From assembly GCF_963921235.1 (NCBI RefSeq), contig NC_086106.1, positions 18,476,001-18,540,000 on the forward strand: DNA of 64,000 nt, read 5' to 3'. The notes under the pieces are model-generated. The model had not been told where the DNA came from and searched no databases. It worked only from the letters and a program-made list of their open reading frames with translations. The position numbers and the translations under genes are program-made. Source of the DNA: Mobula hypostoma. Lineage: Eukaryota. This document shows, in pieces, positions 38,447-50,814 of the stretch (position 1 is the stretch's first letter; the number at the start of each line of letters is the position of its first letter).

Positions 38447-41400
38447 AAACAACAGGAATTTTGCAGATGCTGGAAATTCAAGCAACATACATCAAAGTTG
38501 CTGGTGAACACAGCAGGCCAAGCAGCATCTCTAGGAACAGGTGCAGTCGACGTTTCAGGCCGAGACCCTTCGTCAGGACGAACTGAAGGAAGAGTGAGTA
38601 AGGGATTTGAAAGCTGGAGGGGGAGGGGGAGATGCAAAATGATAGGAGAAGACAGGAGGGGGAGGGATAGAGCCGAGAGCTGGACAGGTGATAGGCAAAA
38701 GGGGATACGAGAGGATCATGGGACAGGAGGTCCGGGAAGAAAGACAAGGGGGGGGGTGACCCAGAGGATGGGCAAGAGGTATATTCAGAGGGACAGAGGG
38801 AGAAAAAGGAGAGTGAGAGAAAGAATGTGTGCATAAAAATGAGTAACAGATGGGGTACGAGGGGGAGGTGGGGCCTTAGCGGAAGTTAGAGAAGTCGATG
38901 TTCATGCCATCAGGTTGGAGGCTACCCAGACGGAATATAAGGTGTTGTTCCTCCAACCTGAGTGTGGCTTCATCTTTACAGTAGATGAGGCCGTGGATAG
39001 ACATGTCAGAATGGGTACAGTAGAGGAGGCCGTGGATAGACATGTCAGAATGGGATGTTGGGCAAAGATCGCAAGCTCCTACATCTACGGACTCCAGAGC
39101 CTGCCGGCCCCGACGCTAGCAGGCATGAACTTTCAATTGCGGCCCCTGCCATTGATCTCGGCGGCTCCAACACCTCAGGGCATATTCAAAACCCGGACTC
39201 CAGCAACGACCATGGACACATTCGAAGTGATTGCGCAACCACCAACTGCAACTCCAGCCTTGAACTCCAGGCAGGGTCTTTATGTGCTGCTGTTGTGACT
39301 CCCGTCTCCCCTTCCCCCACCACCACTCCGCAGCCCCGTCTTCCTCAGATCCCACCGTCAACTCCTGGGCCCTCAGAGGCTCCATCTTCCTCTCACCCCA
39401 ACCCTCCCCTCTCCACTGACACCCCCAGCCTCCCCCCTCCCCCCTCTGATCCCAGCTCTCAAGATTCCAGCCTTGAACTCCAGGCCGGGTCTTTATGTGC
39501 TGCTGTTGTGACTCCCGTCTCCCCTTCCCCCACCACCACTCCGCAACCCCGTCTTCCTCAGTTCCCACCGTCAGCTCCTAGGCCCTCAGAGGCTCCATCT
39601 TCCTCTCACCCCAACCCTCCCCTCTCCACTGACACCCCCAGACTCCCCCCTCCCCCCTCTGATCCCAGCTCTCATCCGTGCCGGGTCTTTACCATCCCCT
39701 CCGACCTTCAACTGTCTGAGGCAGAACGCTCTGTTCTCAGTAAGGGCCTCACGTTTGTCCCCCTTCGCCCACACCTCAGCGAGTTCCGTGTTCGCCATGA
39801 TGCGGAACTTTTCTTCCGCCGTCTCCGTTTCCGAGCCTACTTCTTCGGCAAGGACTCTTCCACCCCCACCGATGACCCCTTCTCCCGTCTTCAACCCTCC
39901 TCTTCTTCATGGACACCCCGCTCTGGTCTTCTGCCTGCTCTGGATTTCTTTATTGCTAACTGCCGACGGGACATCAACCGTCTCGACTTCACTGCACCTT
40001 GTCCCCATTCCAACCTCACTCCTTCGGAACGCTCTGCTCTCCACTCCCTCCGCACTAATCCTAACCTTATTATTAAACCCGCTGATAAGGGGGGTGCTGT
40101 TGTAGTCTGGCGTACTGACCTCTACCTTGCCGAGGCGCAGCAACAACTCGCGGATACCTCCTCTTATTTACCCCTCGATCGTGACCCCACTAAGGAGCAC
40201 CAGGCCATTGTCTCCCACACTATCACCGACTTTATCCGCTCAGGGGATCTCCCATCCACTGCTACCAACCTTATAGTTCCCACACCCCGCACTTCCCGTT
40301 TCTACCTCCTACCCAAGATCCACAAACCTGCCTGCCCTGGCCGACCTATTGTCTCAGCTTGCTCCTGCCCCACCAAACTCGTTTCTGCATACCTCGACAC
40401 TGTTTTATCACACCTTGTTCAATCCCTTCCGACCTATGTTCGTGACACCTCTCACGCTCTTAAACTTTTCGATGATTTTAAGTTCCCTGGCCCCCACCGC
40501 TTTATTTTCACCATGGATGTCCAGTCCTTATATACTTCCATCCCCCATCAGGAAGGTCTCAAAAGCTCTACGCTTCTTTTTGGATTCCAGACCTAATCAG
40601 TTCCCCTCTACCACCACTCTGCTCCGTCTAGCGGAATTAGTCCTTACTCTTAATAATTTCTCCTTTTGCTCCTCCCATTTCCTCCAAACTAAAGGTGTAG
40701 CTATGGGCACCTGTATGGGTCCTAGCTATGCCTGCCTTTTTGTTGGGTTTGTGGAACAATCTATGTTCCGTGCCTATTCTGGTATCTGTCCCCCACTTTT
40801 CCTTCGCTACATCGATGACTGCATTGGCGCTGCTTCCTGCACGCATGCAGAACTCGTTGACTTTATTAACTTTGCCTCCAACTTTCACCCTGCCCTCAAG
40901 TTTACCTGGTCCATTTCCGACACCTCCCTCCCCTTTCTAGATCTTTCTGTCTCTGTCTCTGGAGACAGCTTATCCACTGATGTCTACTATAAGCCTACTG
41001 ACTCTCACAGCTATCTGGACTATTCCTCTTCTCACCCTGTCTCTTGCAAAAACGCCATCCCCTTCTCGCAATTCCTCCGTCTCCGCCGCATCTGCTCTCA
41101 GTATGAGGCTTTTCATTCTAGGACGAGGGAGATGTCTTCATTTTTTAAAGAAAGGGGCTTCCCTTCCTCCACTATCAACTCTGCTCTTAAACGCATCTCC
41201 CCCATTTCACGTACATCTGCTCTCACTCCATCCTCCCACCACCCCACTAGGAATAGGGTTCCCCTGGTCCTCACCTACCACCCCACCAGCCTCCGGGTCC
41301 AACATATTATTCTCCGTAACTTCCGCCACCTCCAACGGGATCCCACCACTAAGCACATCTTTCCTTCCCCCCTCTCTCTGCATTCCGCAGGGATTGCTCC

Positions 41401-42265
41401 CTACACAACTCCCTTGTCCATTCGTACCCCCCATCCCTCCCCACTGATCTCCCTCCTGGCACTTATCCGTGTAAGCGGAACAAGTGCTACACATGCCCTT
41501 ACATTTCCTCCCTTACCACCATTCAGGGCCCCAACCAGTCCTTCCAGGTGAGGCATCTCTTCACCTGTGAGTCGACTGGGGTGATATACTGCGTCCGGTG
41601 CTCCCGATGTGGCCTTTTATATATTGGCGAGACCCGACGCAGACTGGGAGACCGCTTTGCTGAACATCTACGCTCTGTCCGCCAGAGAAAGCAGGATCTC
41701 CCAGTGGCCACACATTTTAATTCCACATCCCATTCCCATTCTGACATGTCTATTCACGGCCTCCTCTACTGTAAAGATGAAGCCACACTCAGGTTGGAGG
41801 AACAACACCTTATATTCCGTCTGGGTAGCCTCCAACCTGATGGCATGAACATCGACTTCTCTAACTTCCGCTAAGGCCCCACCTCCCCCTCGTACCCCAT
41901 CTGTTACTCATTTTTATGCACACATTCTTTCTCTCACTCTCCTTTTTCTCCCTCTGTCCCTCTGAATATACCTCTTGCCCATCCTCTGGGTCACCCCCCC
42001 CTCCTTGTCTTTCTTCCCGGACCTCCTGTCCCATGATCCTCTCGTATCCCCTTTTGCCTATCACCTGTCCAGCTCTCGGCTCTATCCCTCCCCCTCCTGT
42101 CTTCTCCTATCATTTTGCATTTCCCCCCCCCTCCAGCTTTCAAATCCCTTACTCACTCTTCCTTCAGTTAGTCCTGACGAAGGGTCTCGGCCTGAAACAT
42201 CGACTGCACCTGTTCCTAGAGATGCTGCTTGGCCTGCTGCGTTCACCAGCAACTTTGATGTATGT
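38447..42265 (+). mobile_element. Nearly intact Penelope-like element: inverted 5' terminal repeat, RT and GIY-YIG endonuclease, 3' terminal repeat
   Basis: 14-bp TSD TCCCAATTCACACC (38433-38446, 42266-42279). 38447-39058 is an inverted copy of the 3' end. The ORF (39055-41874) is broken by two frameshifts (about 40561 and about 41370). Motifs: KPADKGGAVV, PGRPIVS, MDVQSLYTSIPH, GVAMGTCMGPSYA, RYIDD, CKRNKCYTC, VIYC..C..C.LLYIGET.R.L..RF.EH. Confidence 0.95.
38546..38579 (-). ncRNA. Minimal type I hammerhead ribozyme core in the inverted Penelope repeat
   Basis: Minus strand reads gtc-CTGACGA-agggtctcggcct-GAAACGTC-gac: conserved CUGANGA and GAAA, stem II, palindromic ACGU stem III, GUC cleavage triplet and a gtc/gac stem I. 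The copies at 42170-42205 (GAAACATC) and 401-440 (GAAATGTC) are mutated. Confidence 0.65.
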
Positions 42266-42549
42266 TCCCAATTCACACCGGCAAGTTCTAGCCTTAATGC
42301 CTCAAAATTTGCCCTTCCCTAATTAAAAATTTTCCAATCCTCTCTGATTCTATCCTTTTCCATGATTTATACTCCACACGTGCTTCGTTTGATTCAAACT
42401 TCTGAAGGTTTACATACTTTTTCTTCTAAACTAAGTTCATCACGTCTCTGGATATCCAAGGTTCTCTTATATTTCCATCCCCATCCTTCCTTCTAACAGG
42501 TACATACCTTTCCTGTACTCTGTGTAATTGCTCTTTAAACATCTTCCAC

Positions 42550-43985
42550 TCTTTAAGAAGGGAGGAAGGCAAAAAAAAGGAAATTATAGGTCAGTTAGCC
42601 AAAACTCAGTGGCTGGGAAAGTGTTGGAGTCTCTTATTAAGGATGAGTTTTTGGGGTATTTGGAGACTAATGATGATATAAGTCAAAGTCAACATCGTCT
42701 CTACAATGGGAAATTTTGTTTGACAAATCTGTTAGAGTTCTTCGAGGAAGTAACAAGCAGGGTGGACAAAGGAGAGGCAGTGGATGTCATTCACTTGGAT
42801 TTTCAGAAGGCATTTGTTAAGCTGCCACACTTGAGGCTACTCAACAAGATAAAATCCGATGATGTTACAGGGAACATACCGGCATGGATAGAGGAATGGC
42901 TGACAGGCAGCAGGCAGCGAGTGGGAATAAGAGGGGCCTTCTCTGGTTCATTGCCATTGACGAGTGATGTTCCTCAGGGGTCAGTATTGAGACCGCTACT
43001 TTTCAGATTGTTTGGTTATGATTTTGATAATGGAATTGATGGTTTTGTGGCAAAGTATGAAGATAGGTGGAGGGGTAGGTAGTGCTGAGGAAGCAATGCA
43101 ATTGCAGCATGACTTAGACAAATTGGAAGATTTGGAAAAAAGTGGCAGAGGAATTACAATCTTGGGAAATGTATGATAATGCATTTTGGTAAAAGGAACA
43201 ATAGTGCTGACTATTATCTAAATGGGGAGAAGGTTCAAACATCAGAGGTGCAAAGAGACTTAGGAATCCTTGTGTAAGACTCCCAGAAGGTTCATTTACA
43301 GGTCAAGTCTGTGATGAAGAAAGCAAATGGAATGTTGGCATTTATTTCAAGGGGAATAGAATATCAAAGCAAGGAGATAACGCAGAGGCTTCATAAGACA
43401 CTAATCAGGCCACACTTGGCATACTGTCATCGGTTTTGGGCCCAATATCTCAGAAAGGATGTGTTTTCATTGGAGAGTCCAGAGAAGGTTCATGAGAATG
43501 ATTCCAGGAATGACGGAGTTAAGGTATGAGGAGCAAATGGCAGATTTGGGCCTGTACTCACTGGAATTTAGTAGAATGCGGGGAATCTCATTTACCAAAT
43601 GTTTACCAAACATCTACCAAATGTTGAAAAGACTAGATAGGATGGATGTGGAGTGTATGTTTCCTCTGGTGGGGGTATATGGAACAAGAGAGCACAGCCT
43701 CAAACTTGAGGGGCAATCTTTTAGAACAAAGGTAAGGAGGAATTTTTTTAGCCTGAAAATGCTGAATCTGCAGAATGCTCTGCCACAAACTGCAGTAGAG
43801 ACCAAATCGTGGATGTAGTTAAGGTGGAAGTTTATAGTTTCCTAGTCGGTCAGGGCATCAAAGAATATGGCGAGAAGGCAGGTGTATGAGGTTGAGTGGA
43901 GTCTGGGATCAGCCGTGATGGAATGGCAGGGCAGCCTTGATGGGCTGAATGGCCTAATACTGCCCCCGTCTCACGGTCTTATGTC
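42550..43985 (+). mobile_element. 5'-truncated CR1 inserted in the inner CR1 of composite A
   Basis: PLFKKGGRQKKGNYR.VS, HLDFQKAF.K.PH, DVPQGSVL.PLLF; tail GGTCTTATG; the host is contiguous in the paralogue at 56100-56130. Confidence 0.88.
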
Positions 43986-45644
43986 TGATGTGGACTTGCC
44001 AGAGAAAAGGTGTTCCCAATTAACACTTCTTAGTTCTTGCCTAATGCCCTTGTAAGTTGCCCTGTGTCAATTTAAATCTCTTCCACAAGGATCATACCTA
44101 TCCTTGTCGATAGCTATCCTGAAAGTTAATGAGTTCTGGTCACGATTCCCGAACTGTTCACCCACTGAAAGGTCAGTCACCCGGTCAGGCTCATTCCCCA
44201 AAACCAGGTACAGTGTGGTCCCTCCCTTCATTGAACCATGCACATATTGATTTAAGAAACCTATTTAACAGATTCAAACCCATCTGACCCCTTACATGAA
44301 GAAGCTCCCAGTTTACATTAGGGAAGTTGAAATCCCCCATGAGACCAAACCTATTATTTTTACACTTTTCCTTCACCTGATTACATCTGCTCCTCAATTT
44401 CCCAATGACTATTAGAGGATCTGTAGTACAATCCCATCAGTGGGATTGCACCCTGCTCATTCCTGAGTTTCACCCAAATGGATTCAGTTTCTGACTCCTC
44501 CATTATGTCTCCTCTGTGCGCAGCTGTGATATTGTCCCTGCTCAGGAGTGCAACTCCCCCCGCCCCATTACCTACTCCTCTATCCTTTCCAAACCTTCAA
44601 AAACCAGGAACATTAATCACTCAGTCCTGCTGCTCTGTCAACTAAGTTTCAGTAATGGCTACACCGTAGTTTCATGTACTGTTCCATCACCCTTACCCAT
44701 AATACTCACAGCATTAAAATATACACACCTCAAACTATCTGACCCATCCTACCTGTCATTTCAATTTTGCCTTTCAATACCTTCTCTGACACCTAACTTC
44801 TGGTCAGATCCATTCCCTACTGACCTGGACTAGTTTAAACTCTCCCGACTAGTAAACCTCAGTCAGGATATTGGCTCCTCTCCAGTTCAAGTGCAAACCA
44901 TCCCAATTTATCTGCATATTGAAATTCCTGATTACTCTCTTAACATTGCACTTTTGACATGCATTTTCTATCTCTCATTGTAATTTGTAGACTGCATCTT
45001 TGCTACTGTGCGGAGGTCTGTATATAACTCCTATCAAGGACTTTACCCTTACTGTTTCTTAGCTCTACCCACAACAATTCTACAACTTCTGATCCTTTGT
45101 CATGTCTTTCTAATGATTTGATTTAATTTTTTTCCCAACACAGCTGCACCACGCCTTCTACCTATCTCCCTGTCCTTTCAATACAATGTTTTTTCTTTGG
45201 GCATCACCCCAAGGTTCATCACCCTTTTCCATTTTGTCCCCCTTTTACATTTCAACTCATCCCATTGACTGCAATTTTGCCCTAACATCAGCCTTTGCTT
45301 GCTAGCAGACTCACTGCACACTGCCTCTGTTTGTAAACCAACGAATAGATCCTCAGCGCTATCACTCCATTTTCCATCCTCTGCCAAATTCATTCAAACC
45401 CTTCTGAACAGCTCCAGCAAACCTGCCCACAAAGATATTTATCTGCCTTGGATTCATGTGCAACCCATGAATATTCTTCCACCTTTTCCTTATCAAGACC
45501 CAGAAGACCCAGCAGACTGATGCAGCTTCAGAGAAGGCACAACAGCTGCTGTATTTGTTTAGGAGCTTGAGGAGTTTTGGTATGTCACCGTGGAGAGCAG
45601 TTTCACTGCACACTGCTTCTGTTTGTAAACCAACGACAGAATAT

Positions 45645-47150
45645 TATTTACTATCATGATAAATGATATATTTTCTAATAGAAATAGTAGTATTGGAATA
45701 TCATTATTTGTGGATGATGGAGCTATGTGGAAAAGGGGTGGGAATGTGGAATTTATAACACGGAAACTTCAAGAAGCAAAAGTTAAGGTGGAAGATTGGG
45801 CATGAAAATAGGAATTCAGATTTTCAGCAGAGAAATCCAAAATAATGTTTTTCACTAGGAAGAGGACAGAACAACACTTGAAACTAAAACTTTATGGTAT
45901 GGAATTAGTAAGTGTGGATACCTTTAAATTTTTAGGAATCTGGTTTGATAAAAGACTCACATGGTCAACACATAGTAAAGAAATAATAACCAAAAGTAAG
46001 AAAGTGCTAAATGTTATGAGGTGTTTAAAAGGAAAGGAAAGGGGAGCTGACAGGGGCAATAAGGACAATACCAGTGGTGGCAATGCAGGTGGAGTTTGGA
46101 GAGACACCTCTGGAACTGAGAAGATCACAACTTGTGTTAACATATTGGGTAAACCTACAAGGGCCTGGAGAACATCATCCAAGTAAACAGCTTTTAGACC
46201 GATGCTGGGAAAAGGAAAGAAAGAAATTCAGAAGTTTTGCATGGACTATTGAAGGGAAAGCAGAAAGGACAGGAGTTAGTAATAAGGCCCTGAGTGATAC
46301 AGTGCCTTTTCCTGAGCTGTCTCCATGACTGTGTGAAGCACCAGGTGTGGATCCTAAATTATTCCAAAAGAGACAGAAAAATAGAGAAGTGATTTTAAAT
46401 CAAGATATAGTTGAAACTTATGTAAATAATGGTCATTATGTATATTTACAAATGCAAACAAATGCTTCAAAACTGGCAATATTAGATTAGGGGTAGGATT
46501 GGTGGTGCCTGATTTTAACATGAAAAAGCAGGTGAGGATAAATGATGATTTCTCAGTGTATACAGATGAAATGACAGCTGGACTATTCACTTTGCAGTGG
46601 GTGGAGGGGGTAAGATCAATGAGATTTGCAATATTGTCTGATTCAAGGACAACAATCAGGAGTCTAAAAGATTTACATTCAGAGGCAAGACGAGACATTG
46701 TAAGTAAGGTAATACAAACCTTATTTCGACTATATAATAATATCCAGAAAGAAATGGGATGGTTGAGGAATGCAGGAAAGAGCAGGAGGCAGGAGGTGAT
46801 AACATCAAAATTGAGATTTGGGCACACAGGATTAAAGTACATCGTTTTTCATGAAGAAACACAATAATGGGAGTTGTGATTATTGTAATCAACAAGACAT
46901 AATCAAGAGAGTGGTTGGTTGATTTTAGAGTTATCACAGAATAAAATTCAATTTAAAATTAACAGCATTTTGCAGAAAGGATTGCAGGATTATTACCTTA
47001 AGTATATAGTGCAGTTCGTTAAGAACACAGGTCTTTTTATAAATTTGATACAAATATAAATATGGGGTCAAATTTTAAAATGTGTGTCATGATATGTTGA
47101 CCCACACTCCGGTTCAGTAGTGGCGGTAATGCACCCTTAAGCTTTTTGCC
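45645..47150 (+). mobile_element. Nimb/I-clade LINE fragment with RNase H domain
   Basis: LFTIMINDIF...LFVDDGAMW; FKFLGIWFDKRLTW; GETPLELRR; RNase H-like ...FSVYTDEM.A..F.LQWV......FAILSDS; 3' motif CAGTAGTGGCGGTAATGCAC. Confidence 0.7.
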
Positions 47151-47574
47151 AACCACCATAAAAACCTTAGAACATTATCGACTATTGAAAGGCCCAGATA
47201 GGGTTGATGTGGAGAGGATGTTTGCGAGAGTGTCAGGATGCCAGTATACACAGGCCGCTCCCACCATAGGCTGTTTGCGGAGGGAAGACAGAAGGGAAAC
47301 ACCAGAGAAAAAGTCAGGTAGACACAGTGAACCAGACCTCCCACCTACCTGTTTCTATCCCTGCCGCCATTGGTTAAAAGGTCTGCTGGTCCTCCCACCC
47401 GTCTTTCATCTGGTTAGAGAAACATACAGACCATCTACCTCTATTGGTTGGAGGTCTGCATGTTCCCACCCTCCCTTTTTATCTCCAATGGTTTGCGCAT
47501 AGATCTGACATACGGCTTGCCCTACCAGTGGTCACATTTTTTAAAGTCGTTGTGGGGGTTGAATCGCATGAAAA

Positions 47575-48445
47575 TTTTTCAGAAAGGTTCAATTCCTCGG
47601 CACAGACTCATCCTGCAAATTAACCATGAGAGAATCCTGCACAAGGATTCACAAAACCCTTTGCATCTCAGAGTTTTGTATTTTCTGTCCATTAGGAAAG
47701 AGTCAACCATTTCATTTCTTCTACCAAAGAGCATGACCATACAATTCCCAACATTGTATTCCATCTGCCTCTTCTTTGCCCACTCTCCTAATCTAATCTA
47801 TTTAACTGTTTCTGTATTGTCCCTACTTCCTCAAAACTACTTGCCCCTCAACCTATTGTCTGCAAACTTTCCAACAAATCCATCAAGTCCAACATCCAAA
47901 TCACTGACATATAATGTAAAAAGATAAAATCTTTCTGAATGTTGTGGTGTACACCATCTGGTCCATGTGACTTATTTACCTTCAGACCTTTCAATTTCTC
48001 AAGAATCTTCTCTGTAATAGTGGTAGATTCACACACCTCATGACGCTGACACCTGGAACTTCTAACAGACTGCTAGTGTCATCCTCACTGATGCAAGATA
48101 TTTATTCAGTTTGTCCACCATTTTCTTGTCCCCCATTATTACCTCTCCAGTATTTTTTCCAGTGGTCCGATACCCACTCTCGCATCTCTTTTACACTTTA
48201 TGTATCTGAAGCAAGATTTGGTGTTCTCTTTAATACTATTGGGTAGCTAACTTTGAAATTCCGTCTTACTCTTCTTACTGATGTTTGTAGATGCCTTCTG
48301 TTGGTTTTAAATGCTGCCCAATCCTCTAACTTCCCACCAATGCGAGCTCAATGATATGCCCTGTCTTTGGCTGTTATGTTGCCTTTGACTTCCATTGTTG
48401 TGTCATCTTGCCATGGTTGTGTCATCTTGCCTTTTGAACACTTCT
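47575..48445 (-). mobile_element. Fragmented CR1 LINE
   Basis: MEYNVGNCMVM.FGRRN; LKGLKVNKS.GPDG.H. Confidence 0.8.
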
Positions 48446-50030
48446 TCCTCCTCAAATCCCCGTCTGAATCCTCAGGCAATGGCAGCGAGGCATTACAAAG
48501 GGTTATTTCCCTCTTGGAAATAGACTTCGAGGTCCTTCAGACCTAGTGGCTGGATTCCATAAGCTTGGCTGCAAGTTCCCCAGACTGTTCAGATATTTCC
48601 TTGGTCCTCTCCTGAACGAGAGGTCCCAACTAGATGGTGTTGGGACTTGCAGTGTATTGACTGGAAATGGCTTGTTCATCCTTGAGGGCAGGACTTGGTC
48701 TCTCGAAGGTCTCAGGTTACCTCACACTGAAGGCAGCCCTCTTATTGGTTGTTGGTCACAGGAGAGTCTGAGTCTCAGAACACCATGGCGCAAACAAACC
48801 CTCTTATGATGACTGGAGCAAGCAATGATTCTCCCCTCCCTCCAGTCCACAGCTGGGGATATTCGGCCCACCAGTGACAGACTTTCCCACAGTAAAAGCA
48901 GCGACCTTGACTCTGACGCCAGGACCTTTCATCGGCGGAGACTCCAGTACAACCGACCTGCATGGGTTCAACTGGATCTTGAGTCAGCGACGGGCTGGTT
49001 ATGGTCCGAGGTTCGGGGGTGAAACTGCGATGCGTAGGGACTGGGATTGGACCAGCTCACTTTGACTTCCTGAAGTGGTCCCACTTTTGGTCTGCCAGAC
49101 GATTATTGAGATGGATGGACTGATCACTCAAAGCCTCTGCGATCTCAGTTGGCTTTCCCGAGGAGAGGCATCCTTCAGTTCATCCGTGGCAGTAGAACAT
49201 GGCCATGGCCTCCCCATTCCAACCACTCTTCTGGGCCAAGGTCCAAAATTCGACTGCATTGTCGGCCGCAGACCATACCCACTGTTGAGCTCGCTGGCAC
49301 CGATGAGGTGATTAAACACCTTCCATATGGCAGCCATGAATTCCTCTGAATCCGAAGAGGTCTCAGACCTACATTCCAAATGCGTAGTGGCCCAGGCCAG
49401 GGCTCTTCCAGTCCGGAGAGAGATAATGAAGGCCACCTTTCCTCGCTCTGAAGGGAATTGGGACAGCTGTAGTTCAAACACGAATGAGCATTGGGTGAAG
49501 AGCCATGGCAAGAACCCGAGTCACTGTCGAATCTCTCTGGGGTTGAATGATGTGCTGGCTCCATACAAGCATGAAATGGCTTTCCCAAACGACCTTGGCT
49601 TCCTCCTTGCGTAAGTTGTTGAATGGCTACCTGGAGTTCGTGAATCTCCAGGCCTTGTCTGGAAATCCTCGTCACCACAGTGGACGAAAGATTTTGATAT
49701 CCCACTGGGTCCATGTTTGCTCAATTGTAATGTGACAAGAGTCCTTGATGAGAATGGTTTGGACCCAATTGCCGGGGTAAACGAAGCAAGGTTCTAAACA
49801 CAGTATCAAACTAGATCTGAGCACAAAACAAATGCTGGATGATATCACCAGTTGGCTTATGATTGAGCACCAAACCTCTGTTCAGCTGTTCCTTAAATAC
49901 TCAATTCTTGGTGCCCAAACATGATTATCAATTAGCAGGACCATCCTGATTCCCTAAAGGGGCCATGCCAGCTATCCGTACTCCCGGAAGCTGGTGCAGT
50001 TGGGAGTGTCTTGTAATAACGACTTCTGGC
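48446..50030 (-). mobile_element. 5' part (LTR, gag, PR remnant) of a chromovirus-type Gypsy of the same family as Gypsy-4
   Basis: LTR at about 49732-50020; gag FVFELQ..QFPSERGKVAFIISL.TGRALAWAT; zinc knuckle GRCFYCGK..HW; 48446-48830 aligns to 25690-26210. Confidence 0.85.
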
Positions 50031-50650
50031 TAGTCACGCTTGCCGTTGAGAATACCATGGACACAATCTTTGATATCCCTGCTCCTGGCAGCAGGGAAGC
50101 AACATACCATCTGGGTGTCTCTATCGAGCCCACAGAACCTCGTCCCTGTTCTTCTGATGAAGGAATCTCCTATCATAACTGCATTCCTCTTCACCTCTCT
50201 CCTCTTCTGAGCCACATCACCAGACTCAGTGCCAGAGACCCGGTCATTCTGGCTCCCCCCGGTAGGTGGATTCCTCTCCATTGTATCTAAAGTTAAATGC
50301 TTGTTATTGAGGGGAACAGCTACAGGTGTTCTCTGCACTGGTTCTGCATTTCCCCTCAATCTCCTGACAGTCACCCAGTTACCTGTCTCCTGCAACCTTG
50401 GGGTAACTATCTCTCTGTAGCTCCTGTCTATCACCTCATCATTCTCCCATATGAGTCGAAGGTCATCGAGCTGCAGCTCCAGTTCCTTAATACATTCTCT
50501 CAGTTGCTGCAACTCGGCGCACCTGGTACAGATGTGTTCACCTGGGAGACTGGAGTCTCCCAGACTTCCCACATCCCACACAGAGTGCAAAACACTGTCC
50601 CTGGAGCCATTCTCACTAAACTACCATGTCCTAATAGATGAGGAGTGAAC
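50030..50650 (-). mobile_element. CR1 5' region (Cys-rich, coiled-coil, SGNH esterase start)
   Basis: HICTRCAELQQLRECIKELELQLDDLR; AVMIGDS.IR; MVCCFPAAR. May be the 5' end of the outer CR1 of composite A. Confidence 0.85.
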
Positions 50651-50814
50651 AAATAGGAACAGAAAGAGAGAAACCTTGTGGTCTTATGGAAGGTGGAGCA
50701 GGGTTGAAATGGAGGAAATTCATGAGACATAATCTCCCACACACACAGCCTTGTTGACTAATCCTAATCAACCCAAGTTTTTTGAAATAGCTCTTAACCC
50801 TCAGGTCTCCTCCA

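Larger units (their letters stand above)
35739..42365 (-). mobile_element. 5'-truncated CR1 (same family as 17402-19736), hosting a plus-strand CR1 piece and the Penelope element
   Basis: TSD TTTATA (35733-35738, 42366-42371); tail at about 35740-35770; ORFs 36772-37269 and 37367-38191. Confidence 0.85.
32305..45490 (-). mobile_element. Composite CR1 copy A: outer CR1 (32305-33970, 44901-45490) with a second CR1 family nested at 33971-44900, itself interrupted further
   Basis: Outer 3' tail AAAACCATAAGAT at about 32305. The APE motif is split between GDFN.Q.DW (resumes at 44901) and GA..Q.KEFVECL (ends at 33970). Inner element: RT at 34640-35242, APE at 44191-44397. Confidence 0.75.

Noticed and set aside
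47233-47530. TGTCA-starting segment with paired CAGACC...GGTCTG inverted motifs around ATTGGTT
   Set aside because: Probably an LTR fragment with CCAAT boxes; I found no second LTR, TSD or matching end, so it is not called.
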